Positions 12,396 through 25,380 of a DNA stretch of 64,000 nucleotides are shown here, in pieces (the first letter of the stretch is position 1; every line of letters starts with the position of its first letter). The notes below the pieces were generated by a model. It did not search any database and was not told the origin of the DNA. It saw only the letters and a program-made list of their open reading frames with translations. The position numbers were made by a program, and so were the translations under genes. This DNA is from Octopus vulgaris (lineage: Eukaryota). Location: positions 132,122,001 through 132,186,000 of the forward strand of contig OX597817.1 in NCBI GenBank assembly GCA_951406725.2, read 5' to 3'.

Positions 12396-14032
12396 CATCA
12401 TCATTATTGATTTTAAAGCCATAGTTACGTATATGTAATATTTACACTATATATTTGTGTGTGTGTGTGTGTGTGTGTGTGTTAATGTATTTAAAGCTAC
12501 TAGACGATGACGAATTAACACTGCTTGCTAATTACCATAGCTGAATATACGTCATCATTATTTTTCCTCAATATATTTGTTTGCTTAATACTATGAATAG
12601 ATAATTCAAAAAATTGTTCTAATGTACAAGGGAGAAAAACCCACTTTAAATCCCATCTTAACCTGAAGAATAGAAGTAACGCTGTAAATAATAATCATAG
12701 TAAGTCTAATCATATAACTCTCAATAGTAATATGAATAGAGATAAAAATATATATTGTGATTGCAAAGGTAGAAATTACTGCTTAATAATTATTGTAAAC
12801 GAAGCGAAAAGAAAACGCAGTGTATAGATCTAAAGTGAATTCTGAACGTAAGAATTTCTTTTGCATCGGTGCTACACAAAACTATATTAAAAAATGCATA
12901 GCCAATTACAATTATACATTTAATAATAAGTCGTCTTATATCAGTTTTAGTAAATTTATTTGTGGTTAGAAAAAATGTTTATTGTGGAGTGTGAGTTAAT
13001 AAGCAGAGCCAGTGCCTAAAAGATTGGCAATGCCTTTGCTTTCTTTGTATAGAAGAATTATACCAAATCTTAAATTCCAAATGTAGAAACCTTGTGTCCA
13101 CGCATATGAATATGTTTTCAAAAACTGCCATTAGATACAATGTAAAAGTTACCAGGACTATAAATTTAGGTGGTATCTCAGGATTAATATACTAACTATA
13201 AAGATTAGCAAATTTTTTGTAGATATCATATTAATCTTCAAATATAAAAAGTGGTAAATATGAACATAAGATTTTATTTATAGGTAACTATATTATATTA
13301 AGGTTAATATATTTAAAAATATTAATTGTTAATTTTAAGTTAAAGTTTGTTTGTTCCTTCTCGAGCCACGTCTGGCTCATAAGGGCCGGTTTACTTGGCA
13401 TATAAGTTCCCCACCTGGACGGGACGCCGGTCCATCGCAGGTAAGCTGCAAGATGCAGGAGGAAAGAGTGAGGGAAAGTTGTAGCGACAGGGTCAGCAGA
13501 AGTTCGCCATTACCTTCTGCCAAAGCTGCGTGGAGCTTAGGTGTTTCGCTCAAAAACACATCGTCCGGTCTGAGATTCGAATCCCCGATCCCTCAACCGC
13601 AAGTCCGCTGCTCTAACTACTAGGTCATGTGCCTACACTAAGTTAAAGTTACTACGTATTAATTTAATAATGGTTTTAATTTTAATTGATTTTATTAACT
13701 TTGGTTTGTTAACGTTAGTGCTTTTCTCAATTAAGCTCGTCTGCACCTGCTCACACTATTACGTAAACAAATATATTGTGCACAAATACTGATGACATTG
13801 TATTCAGCTATAGTAATTAATAAGCAGTGTCGATTCGTCATCGTCTTGTAGCTTTCAAGACATTGACACGCACACGCACAAATATATAATGTATATATTA
13901 CATATACGTAACTATGGCTTTAACTTTAAAAAAATATATATATTTATTATTTAACTATAATTTCTAGATTGCAACTTGGTGACTTATAATAGAATTTCTT
14001 GAGTAATTAAATAGACATTTCGATCTATCATA
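12233..14032 (+). mobile_element. Degraded PLE GIY-YIG region bracketed by ~280-360-bp inverted repeats
   Basis: Arms 12233-12590 and 13757-14032; interior reads CDCKGRNYC...NAVYRSKVNSERKNFFCIGATQNYIKKCIANYNYTFNNKSSYISFSKFI. Confidence 0.6.
13348..13638 (-). mobile_element. SINE family E with 12-bp TSD
   Basis: TSD taagttaaagtt at 13336-13347 and 13639-13650; tRNA-like head; ctgcgatggaccggcgtcccgtccagg tail. Confidence 0.9.
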
Positions 14033-14329
14033 ATTTCCATGGTCTTCAGATAGGCTGTCTCTCTTTCTATTCCATTGTGAATGCCTCCTAAGTGAGTAGT
14101 AGGAAGAGTTTGAGTACAGGGAATTGATGGTTTAAGCAGGATCAGCCGAGGAAGGAGAATAAGAAAGAGAACAAAAAAAGGAGGACGACGACGAGGAGAA
14201 GAAGAAGATGAATGAGGAAGAGAATTAGGAGTAGGGAAAGGAGTGGGAGAAGGAGAAAGAAAGGAAAAATACAGGAGTGCTGTGACACTAAATTGTTCGA
14301 GGAATCATCTTTAATGGTCAAATGACCTA

Positions 14330-15520
14330 AAAGTGGCCTGTTGTGGTCGTAGCAGTAGTCGTTGGAAATGTTCTAAATCCTTGTAGTAGTTTCATCTGTG
14401 GTGGGTTTATATTTTGCACTAAAATATGCTTCTTTGCTAATGCCTTGTCCCTGAATTTATAGAGGGGGAAAATTCTAAAGTTGGGTTGTTCGTTAGTGGC
14501 GCAAATATCAATGTGCTCTCTTAATCCTATTTTTCTGTATTCTCGTATTTTAATCTGGGATCTATGTACCGTCATCCTCTGGCGTAGACTGTTTTCAGTT
14601 TGACCAATATATTGTTCTCGACACCCTGAGCAAGTTAATATATATATATTAGGTTTTCCCAAGCGCATGTAATGTCCGTGTGCATATAGTATATGTCTGT
14701 TTCTATTTTGTTGCTGGATTTCTTAATGAGGATATCGAGGAATGGAAGTTGTTGGTGGTTATATTCCATCGTAAATTGAATGTTTATGTGAAGCCCATTC
14801 AGAAGTGCTTGAAATTCTTTAGGTCTCTCTATATTTTCATGCCAAAGAGTGAAACAGTCATCTTTGCCAGTTATTTTCTATGTAAAGGGAGAGTGGGTTT
14901 CCGTATTTTTCCACTACCTTGCGATAAAGATTGATTTCTAGGTACCCCATGACTAGGTTAGCAAAGGAGGGGGCCATTCATGTGCCTATCGCATTCTTCG
15001 ATTCTTGTCGATAGAAGTTGTCATTAAATACGAAGAAGGTATTCTCCAAGATGAATTTTAGCCTTTCTATTACGAATTGTTTGTTGATGCGGTGTGGGAG
15101 GTCATTCGAGTAATTCTCTAGCCAGAATTAGATTGTCTGTATTCCTAGGTTGTGGGGAATATTAGAATAGAGGTTGAGTACATCGAAGGATATTAGTAGG
15201 GTGTTTTTGTTTATTGTTTTAGGGAGGTGACTGAGCACATCTCGGTCGTCCCTTGTGTAGCTCTTGATATGCTTGGGGAATGGTTTTAAGAGGATGTCTA
15301 AAACGTTACTGAGATGGTGAGTTTCGCATGCGGAGCCTGCTATTATGGATCTTAATATGAGGTCATTAGAAGTAGGTACCTTGACTATTATGTCTGTGGC
15401 TCCCCTGCAGGCGTTACTTATTTTCTCACTTTTGCATATCTTAGGAATACCGTACAATTGACTGGATTTACTATTGAAGTTAGTCATATTGTCGTATTCC
15501 TTCTCGGTGAGCCCACACCA
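14330..15520 (-). mobile_element. Penelope-like retroelement, RT plus GIY-YIG, disrupted
   Basis: LYGIPKICK...SFDVLNLYSNIPH...GT*MAPSFANLVMGYLE...DDCF; IYILTCSGCREQYIGQTENSLRQRMTVHR. Confidence 0.92.
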
Positions 15521-15754
15521 TAAATCATACGCTCGAAATAAGGAGTAGAAGAACAGCCAACAACTGATAGAGGGTCGTTTTTTATGTTACTTATTTTGTT
15601 TTCCATTGGTTTCTCTCGTTTTTTTGCGTACCCAACGTTATTTTCGTGTTTCATGTTTGTTTACGTTTTTGTGACGTCGTGTATTGATATGTGCACAGCT
15701 ATAAACATATGTACGTATGTACGTGCATATGTATGTCTGTATATGAATATATAC

Positions 15755-15873
<119 letters not shown>

Positions 15874-16368
15874 ACATACATACATTTGTATGTGTATGTG
15901 TAAGTAGATATATATGGAGAGAGAGAGAAAGAGAGGAAGAAAGGAGAAAAAGAGACATCGGAAAGGAGAGGACTGTTTACGGCAGAAATTATGTACGTGT
16001 GTATGTGTGCGTGATTGTGCATGTGTGGGTGCGTGCGTGTGTATGTGTGTGTACGTGTGTGTGTATGCGTGTGCTTGTATCTGTGTGTACGTGAGTGTGT
16101 GCGTGTGTGAGTGTGCATGTCTATGTGCTTGTGTGTGTGTGTTTTCATAACTACTATGTTGTGCAATTCTCAATCTTCGCCATTGTATGTCGTTACAATT
16201 GAGAAAAATTACAGAACGGAATTCTTGCAAATAATCCGTTTGTTCGATGAGCCGTATCAAGTGAACAAAGAGATGAAGATAAAAATTCCGAAATAAACAG
16301 ATAAATACATAAGTAGATATCATTTCATAGATGATTGATTCAAGTGTAATCGAATTTTTTCATTTTCA

Positions 16369-16437
<69 letters not shown>

Positions 16438-16439
16438 CA

Positions 16440-16497
<58 letters not shown>

Positions 16498-17090
16498 CAG
16501 TATTACAATTTTTCATCGTTGTAAAGACTCCGGCAATAATTTCTGCACTAATACGGATTTTCGTGTCACATACTTCTGCTTTTAGAGATCAGAGTGATTC
16601 GTCTTAATTTTTTTTTTTTTTTTTTTCATTTTCAGTATTTTTTAAAAATTTCATTTCACATTTCTTTTGGTGATTTTCTAAATCTTCCATTTCTTCTGGC
16701 ATCAGATAATTTCTTTAGTTTATGGTTTTAATCTCCCCAGCAATAATTTCTTTATTCATACAGCTTTTCTTGTCTCTCTCTACTGTTGCTTGATATGAAA
16801 GCCTCATTTGTTATTTTTGTAATGAATTTCAACTTCTTCACTTTGTTTAATTTTCCACACAATATCACCTTCAACAGAACAACTTTTAAAGCTTTGTTTA
16901 TTATCATTTTATTATTTATCGTATCTGTTATTTGTTATCCCATGACGATGTTTATTATGGTATGTACATACGGGTAATAACTATTGAGAATATTACAATT
17001 GTCTGATTCTGTTGCTGGTGTTGGCGCAGGCTAGATCGAGTAAATTTATGATCAAAGGCGTTCCATCCATGACATATTATAACAGAAACA

Positions 17091-17503
17091 GGTGCAGACG
17101 TGGCGTTGCGGTGAAATGCTTCCTTCCCAACCACATGGTTCCGGGTTCAGTCCCACTGCGTGGCACATTAGGCAAGTGTCTTCTACTATAGCCTGGAGCC
17201 AACAAAAGCCTTGTGAGTGGATTTGGTAGGCGGAAACTGAAAGAAGCCCGTTATTTATTATGTGTGTATGTGTGTGTGTGTGTGTGTGCGTGTGTGTGTG
17301 CGTGCGTGCGTGTTTTTGTGTGGTTGTACCCCCACCATCGCTTGACAGCCCATCTTGGTGTGTTTAAGTCCACGAAACTTCAGAGACCGATAGAATAAGA
17401 ACTAGGCTTACATAGAATAAGTACTGGGATCGATTTGTCCGACTAAAGGCGGTGCTCCATCATGGCCACAGTCAAATGACTGAAACGTGCAAAAGTGTAA
17501 AAG
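17091..17503 (+). mobile_element. SINE family A
   Basis: ggttccgggttcagtcccactgcg head, internal (TG)n, conserved tail. Confidence 0.85.
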
Positions 17504-17526
17504 TATATATGTATGTGTATATGTAG

Positions 17527-17598
<72 letters not shown>

Positions 17599-17602
<4 letters not shown>

Positions 17603-17811
17603 AATGTGACCGCGCGTGTACCGTTGGCGATTTTTTCCTCAGTCTTCCCTTCTTTGGTTCTTTCCTTTTCCTATGTTTCTGACGAAGAGCTCCGTTCCAA
17701 ACGTTAAATCTTCCTTCCTTCTTTCCTTTCCTGAGCGTCCAATAACACCATACTTGTTCCACGTCCTCGCACTGTTGTGTTTTCTCTTTGGGTTTTCATG
17801 TTTGGATTAAC
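17599..17811 (+). mobile_element. (TA)n-embedded pLTR-like module with degenerate minimal hammerhead
   Basis: gttt-CTGACGA-a-gagc-tcc-gttc-cAAAC-GTT-aaat at 17675-17709; (TA)n on both sides. Confidence 0.6.
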
Positions 17812-17826
17812 TATATATATATACGC

Positions 17827-17871
<45 letters not shown>

Positions 17872-17889
17872 TGTCTGTATTTATATACT

Positions 17890-18070
17890 CTCTCTTTTTT
17901 ACTCTTTTACTTGTTTCAGTCATTTTGATAACGGCCATGCTGAAACATCACCTTTAGTCGAGCAAATCGACCCCAGGACTTATTCTTCGTAAGCCTAGTA
18001 CTTATTCTATCGGTCTCTGTGATCGAACCGCTAAGTTACGAAGTTACGGGGACAAACGCAGACACATAAA
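17890..18070 (-). mobile_element. SINE family A 3' half
   Basis: Matches the family A tail. Confidence 0.8.
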
Positions 18071-18134
18071 CATATACACACATATATAGTGAGCCGGGGC
18101 ATTCTGAAGAGTGTGTGAGAGGCACTCTATGTAT

Positions 18135-18190
<56 letters not shown>

Positions 18191-18476
18191 TGGTAGACGG
18201 TTCTACCCTAGCTTCCAGCCGACCCAAGGCTTTTGAGTAGATTTGGTAGATATAATCTCGAAGAAGCCCGTCGTATGTATAAATGTGTGTGCGCGCGCGC
18301 GTGCGTTTGCGTGCGTGTATGTGTGTGTCTGTGTTTGTATGCGTGTGTGTGTAGATAGAAAGACAGATCGATATTGTTAATACATAAATATACACATACG
18401 TAAATGAGCATCTGTGTGTATGAATATGTATGTGTGTGTGACTGTCAGTGTGTGTATATATATCTATTAATATATA

Positions 18477-18576
18477 NNNNNNNNNNNNNNNNNNNNNNNN
18501 NNNNNNNNNNNNNNNNNNNNNNNNNNNNNNNNNNNNNNNNNNNNNNNNNNNNNNNNNNNNNNNNNNNNNNNNNNNN
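18477..18576. other. Assembly gap (100 N)
   Basis: N run. Confidence 1.
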
Positions 18577-18837
18577 ATATATTAGAAAAAATGAGGTAAT
18601 CAGATCGGATGGTTCATATTTATAGATATTTATTTATATATTACATTTTTTACATATATATCTATCATATTCAGATCATATCATTCGGATTATTAGCGCT
18701 TTCTCCCAATCCAGTGGGTTTTCAAATCAAATCAATTCCTTTGTGGGGAATTTGAACATTTTATAGAGTTTCGTAGTAGTGAGGAGGAATAAGACAGTAT
18801 AAGAGGGTGAGGAGGAAGTGAGACAGAGAAAACATGT

Positions 18838-18878
<41 letters not shown>

Positions 18879-19126
18879 GTGTGTGTGTGTGTGTGTGCGT
18901 GCGTTTGTATCTGAGAGAGAAGAAGAAGTATTTCCGTTGGCCTGCTGGACCCCCTATGGTCTCCTAAGAATTTTGGCTCTCTGTCCATTCTGGTGTCACT
19001 GAGTGTGTGTTGTGGGTAGGCTGGCCGGACAAATGTAATTTGGGGTCATACTTTCTATGATCGTTTTGTGGAGGTGTGTGTATGTGTATCTCTGTGTGTC
19101 CGTGTGTGTTTGTGTGCGTGTGTGTG

Positions 19127-19208
<82 letters not shown>

Positions 19209-20086
19209 TATATACATATTTATATATAGATAGATAGATATAGTTATATATACACACTCATATATATATATATATATACACATACATATAAATACACACA
19301 CATATATATACGTATATATAAATATATGTAAATGTGTGTGTGTGTGTATGTGTGTCAGTACACTTTTGGTGGGGACCCGTAAACACGTGTGGGCTGAGGT
19401 TGCCGCAGTACTTCTTCTCTGAATGCAGCTGAAAGAGCAGGACAAGTTGAACTGAGTCATATTTGCATGTCTCCAGGTCTGATGTTTCTGTTGTCAACGC
19501 TTAATCTTGCTCGTCGTTTCGCAGAGTGAAAGCGAAACACTGCGGTTTGTCAAATCGAAATTTACAAATGCAAAGTGTCTATGTATTGTTTACAAGAGTA
19601 TACATGGCAGGCTTGACGTTTCGGAAACATGGAAATGAGTTAGCTTCTTGCCAAAGCAGTTCTGATTATTTATTATCACGTACACAGACAACAGCAAGAC
19701 TCACATCAGTGAAGTACGTATTCTTTCTTAAAATATTCCAGCAGACCAGAACGTATTAAAACTGAAATAGTTCTGATTGTGTTTGTCAAACCAATATCCA
19801 ACGTGCCGTATGGTTATTTCATTGCATCATAAAATATAAGTTTAATTTATGTTGTTAACAGTGATCAGCACATTATGAAAGCGATAAACATCGTCGGATA
19901 AAGAATAAATATTTCCATTCAAGGGTCTAAATGTTTAATTTTATTTGTAACTTTCTGTTCTTCGCCAGCAATATTTGAAAAGAACTTAAATTCAAATATA
20001 TATTTGTTAATGCCATCCTTTCATAGTTTTTTTTTATAACTAATGGCATTTTATAAATAAATAATCAAAAATCCTTCTTCTATACC

Positions 20087-20123
<37 letters not shown>

Positions 20124-20125
<2 letters not shown>

Positions 20126-20271
20126 AATTTAGAAAAAAACAAACAAAACAAAAGACAAAGACGGGTGTGTAAACAACAAACAGATGTATTAATTTAACGC
20201 TCGGGAAGTGAGAAAGTCTTTTACGTTTCTTCAACAGAAAAGAACACAGAAATAAACAGAGAAAATAAAAA

Positions 20272-20276
<5 letters not shown>
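20124..20276 (-). mobile_element. (TA)n-embedded module related to 17599-17811
   Basis: Minus tctttt-ctgttga-a-gaaac-gta-aaaga (stem II missing), followed by ttcccgagcgt similar to the 17599 module. Confidence 0.5.
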
Positions 20277-20311
<35 letters not shown>

Positions 20312-20777
20312 TGTATATGTTTGTATGTATTTATGTATATGGGTGAATGGATCTATATATGTGTGTGTGAGTGTGTGTTTGTATGTTCGTGGGTGTGTAG
20401 TATTTACTGTAAGTGATAAACTATGCAATATGTATTTCTTACGACTCGTTATTATCAAATAATCTTCTCTTTCATTGAAGGACGAAAGAAAATAACATCA
20501 ACACTCCAGTTGTGGCCCTTTACCTTCACATAGAAAAAGAAAAAATTACCGAAAATCTCACATCACCTGTGATAATAAGTCTGCCGTATTTAGACGTAAG
20601 TCATCCAGAATTCTTTTTCCTTTCACTAAAACTATTGTTCGCACACACACGCATGCACACATAGAAGTTTATATACATACATACATACATACATACATAC
20701 ATACATACATACATACACATACACACATATATATGTGTGTGTGTGTGTATATATACATATATATATATATATGTGAG

Positions 20778-21091
20778 GGCGCGTGGCTTAGTGGTTAGGG
20801 CATTCGGCTCATGATCGTAAGGTTGTGAGTTCGATTCCCGGCGACGCGTTGTGTCCTTGAGCAAGACACTTTATTTCACGTTGCTCCAGTCCACTCAGCT
20901 GGCAAAAATGAGTTGTACTTGTATTTCAAAGGGTCAGCCTTGTCACTCTCTGTGTCACGCTGATTATCCCCGAGAACTACGTTAAGGGTACACGTGTCTG
21001 TGGAATGCTCAGCCATTTGCACGTTAATTTTACGAGCAAGCTGTTCCGTTGATCGTATCAGCTGGGACCCTCGTCGTCGTAACCGGCGGAG

Positions 21092-21093
<2 letters not shown>
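20778..21093 (+). mobile_element. SINE family C (head 1 + CORE/V-like core + tail X)
   Basis: A-box tggcttagtgg, B-box gagttcgattccc, core gtgtccttgagcaagacac. Confidence 0.9.
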
Positions 21094-21151
<58 letters not shown>

Positions 21152-21161
<10 letters not shown>

Positions 21162-21823
21162 ATTTCGGAATGGTCATATTGCCAGTTTAGCCAATAAAAA
21201 CACACGCACTATATATTTGGTGTTATTTTGCTTCAGTGATATTTATTTTTTACATTAATCTTAATCTTATTTCGGCCAGAGTTCTTTCGTCACACTCCTG
21301 TGACCGCATCAGTGGTCCTTTGTTTTCTTCTCACTTATTTGTGTCTCTCCTTACTAACCGTCAGCCATTTTGTATTTCTATCGTATGTCTTCATTTGCGC
21401 ATGCTTATATCTCTATGTGCGTCTATGTTTATTTAGTGTGTGTGGGGGGATGCCTGTAATATTTGTATCTTCTGTTTATATACATGAATGTATATAAACA
21501 GAAGATACAAATATTACAGGCATCCCCCCACACACACACTAAATAAACATAGACGCACATAGAGATATAAGCATGCGCAAATGAAGACATACAATAGAAA
21601 TACAAAATGGCTGACGGTTAGTAAGGAGAGACACAAATAAGTGAGAAGAAAACAAAGGACCACTGATGCGGTCACAGGAGTGTGACGAAAGAACTCTGGC
21701 CGAAATAAGATTAAGATTAATGTAAAAAATAAATATCACTGAAGCAAAATAACACCAAATATATAGTGCGTGTGTTTTTATTGGCTAAACTGGCAATATG
21801 ACCATTCCGAAATATAACAATAT
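21152..21823. repeat. Near-perfect ~335-bp-arm palindrome between (TA)n tracts
   Basis: Centre tacat-ga-atgta (21481-21492); identical 66-aa ORFs on opposite strands. Confidence 0.95.
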
Positions 21824-21876
21824 CTGTTTCAACACACGACTTCACATAAAAAATCTTGCACAATTTAAACAAATAT

Positions 21877-21951
<75 letters not shown>

Positions 21952-22444
21952 ATAATTGAAAAATAGGATAAAATCTTTACAAGAATTTATCAAGTAGTTA
22001 GCATGAAAAACCTCGTAAGGGAAAACTCCATCAATTATTCCCTTAAATATATTTATTGATATTAAGGACATTACTATACATAAATGCCTCACGCTAAGAG
22101 GGACTCTTAAAGTCAAAACTAACATAATAAATTAACACATTGTACCGAGCGCGAGGGAATGCAACTCTTGAAGCGAGCATTTTAAAACCAGATTCAACTG
22201 CTTATCCTATGATTTCATAATTAATGCACAAAATGCACTTTTTAATCGTCAGTGCCAGCATAATCAAGACATAAAAATGAACAAAGATCAACATACTAGC
22301 CGAACACCAAATGTATCCAGCATAGAACATAGAATTGTTCACACTTATATATCTATGTAAAATACATGTACATACATACATACATACATACATACATACA
22401 TACATACATACATACATACATACATACATACATACATACATAGA

Positions 22445-22499
<55 letters not shown>

Positions 22500-22505
22500 C
22501 AAAAT

Positions 22506-22695
22506 TATCTACGAGATACCACCATGCTGAAAACAGCAGCCATGATCTGACTCTGAAACCACTTTAATTGTCCATATATCAACACAGTTTCATCTTGTCT
22601 CTTTGTCTTCTCTCTGTGTTGATATATGGGCAATTAAAGTGGTTTTAGAGTCAGGTCATAGCTTCTATTTTCAGCATGGTGGTATCTCGTAGATA
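22506..22695. repeat. 82-bp-arm hairpin within a (TA)n-embedded module
   Basis: 22506-22587 is the reverse complement of 22614-22695. Confidence 0.9.
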
Positions 22696-22800
22696 CCCTA
22701 GTTTATAATTTTAATAATTATTACCTTTGAAGGTTATTTTTTCCATGCTGACCACTTGATAAAATCGTTATTTTATTTTTAAATTAAAGATCGTATCCTC

Positions 22801-22885
<85 letters not shown>

Positions 22886-22890
22886 TATCA

Positions 22891-23491
22891 ATGTAAATAT
22901 AGAGAGTGGATGTACACGAAGTGCGATCATTGTTAGAAATAACAGCCGGTAAGCTATCGGTGCTTTGTAGAGCTTCACTGAATGTTTACTGGCAGATGTG
23001 TTTGCGTGCGGTGAATATAGGAAAATACTGTCTTAACTCTACGGAAACCGTTGGAGGAATGAAGGCATCAGACTTTTCGGACTACATGCATGAGCGTGAA
23101 TCCGATTGGTTGTCTTCAGTTGGATGTACCATTGAGGACGAAAATTTAAAATATTCTCACTATTCTCTGCATGTTTACTCGGCTGAAATCCCCAGTTGAA
23201 ATCAATACAAAACCAAGATCGTTGAAAAGATATGCAAGAAATATAAATATTATTACCCAGTAAGAATAAAGCGCCATAAAAGGTAGTATTCGATTATGCT
23301 TCATCCCTCTAACGGTCTCCCTAGAGGTAAGACAGAATTTTTCTATACTCACCGCCCGCAAACATCTCTGCCAGCAACGCCGATAGCTTACCGGCTTCTA
23401 TTTCTAGCAATGATAGTTCTCCGTGTACATCCGTTTGGTATATTTATAATTCTACCTTTTATGGTGCTATATTCTTGCTGGATAGTAATAT
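22891..23491. repeat. Interleaved inverted repeats in a (TA)n-embedded module
   Basis: A 22891-23068 / A' 23296-23449; B 23247-23286 / B' 23452-23491. Confidence 0.8.
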
Positions 23492-23557
23492 CATTTTCAA
23501 TAATAATTGTATTTCTTGTATAAATGAATGTATATATATTTATGTATGTATGTGTGT

Positions 23558-23611
<54 letters not shown>

Positions 23612-24214
23612 GTATACTATATATATATGTGTGTGCGTATCTATATATTGTTTTCGTCATTGCATTGCGGTCATGCTGGGGCATCTTCATCAGTCGAGCG
23701 AATCATGTCCAGTGCTTATTCTTCGATTGCCCGGTGCTTAGTCTATCCGTCTCTCGCTAAAACTGCTATATTTGAATTAAAAAAGAAAGGCAAGATTTTG
23801 TTACTCGTTAATAATTGCCAATCGGTGGATGCCACCAGAACTGGGGCTAAAAATAATTCTTGTTACAAACGGTTTTTATCATGGTAGTATTCTTAGAATA
23901 CTATCATGGTAGAATTCTACATTTACGAATGACCGATAATTCCAGACAATACTAACTTATTACATTTTTGGTTAATCCAGGATTATCTGAAAAAAAAAAT
24001 GCCCCCAAATAGTGGACTTATTTTCGCTGTATTGGTGATTTTCAAAGAATCGGTTTTTTTTCTTTTGTTTTATGCTTTTGGCTTCGATACAGCCATTAAA
24101 GGATTGAGTTCTTTAGCTTCAACTTAGCGTTCATTGATATTTTGTGTAAAAGATGAAAGTACAAACGGCTGTGTTACAGATATTCGATTTCTCAAGAATC
24201 GGACTTGGGAGAAG

Positions 24215-24245
<31 letters not shown>

Positions 24246-24600
24246 GGAGAGAGAGAGAAAGAGACAGAGAGAGAGAAAGAGACAGAGACAGACAGACGGA
24301 GAGATAGAGACATAAAGAGAGAAAGAGAGAAGGGTGCCAGTGAGAGGGAGGGAGAGAGGGAGGTAAATATCAGTGATAAAGAGTAGTAGCGAGATAGAGA
24401 AACAAACAGAGAAGGAGAGAGAGACAGAGAGGGTGGTAGAGACAGGGCGAGAGTGGCAGAGAGGGAGAAAGAGTGTGTGTGACAGAAAGGGAGAAAAAAG
24501 AGAGACAAAGATTCAGAGAGACAGAGAGACACAGAGAGAGAAAGAAGAAGAAGAGAAGACGGAGGAGGAAGAGGAGGAAGAGGAGGTAAGAGGGAAATGA
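24215..24600. repeat. (GA)-rich polypurine tract
   Basis: Directly visible. Confidence 0.9.
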
Positions 24601-25067
24601 GATTAATAGTAAAATAGAGGGGGTGGGGAGGTGGAAGAAATAGATGGAACTAATTTCGTAAGAATCCCACTTCAGAACATCATTGTGTGGCTAATGGTAA
24701 ATTTAGAGCGGCACCTCTCAAACACGGATGTGGGGGAACGACCATCGATCCATGGTTTGGCTTCAGAAATACAATATGTAATATAACCTGCCATGGAATA
24801 TTGCCATCTTGAAGGTACCTGCTGCTTCTGCTGCTGCTGCTGCTGTTGTTGTTGTTCCTAGATCAGTTTTTATTCACACAGTTGTTATTAGCGTTCTCTT
24901 CGTGCTTGTTTAGTTTTCTTTTGTGGCTGTTTTTGTTGTTTTTGTGATTTTTATATTTGTAAATTTATTTTGTGTCACGTTCGGTGAATATCAGCGTCGC
25001 TGGCAACAGATTTTTCGCTTCGCTAGTCGGTCACCGGTTCACATGTATTTGGCATCGCGGTTTCAAA

Positions 25068-25190
25068 CTCCAGTATTCAGCTGGTTTTTATTTCATCGAC
25101 CGCGAAAGGATGAAAGACAAAAGTCGAAATCGGCCGAACATGAAAACGGATGAAATGCCACTGAGCATTTTGTCTGCCAGCTCACCGGCC
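25068..25190 (-). mobile_element. SINE family B, degraded
   Basis: gaaaggatgaaagacaaaagtcga...tctgccagctc. Confidence 0.65.
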
Positions 25191-25380
25191 TACTTGTATT
25201 TGTAATAATGAAAAAGACAAGGGAGTGACTGTAGCTCGGTGCAGAAGAAACATCGCTAGTAAATTTATTTTTTAAAAAATGTAAAAGTGCTTTTTTTTGT
25301 TTATGGATAATCATATCCTCTGCAGAGAAAGACACATTCACACACAGATGTACATACGACACACACACACACGTGTGTGT

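Noticed and set aside
18920-19500. Faint LINE RT-like peptides on the minus strand
   Set aside because: Too degenerate to assign
20778-20850. tRNA-like sequences (also 37613, 40531, 25381)
   Set aside because: They run into SINE bodies without an acceptor stem or terminator; SINE heads, not tRNA genes
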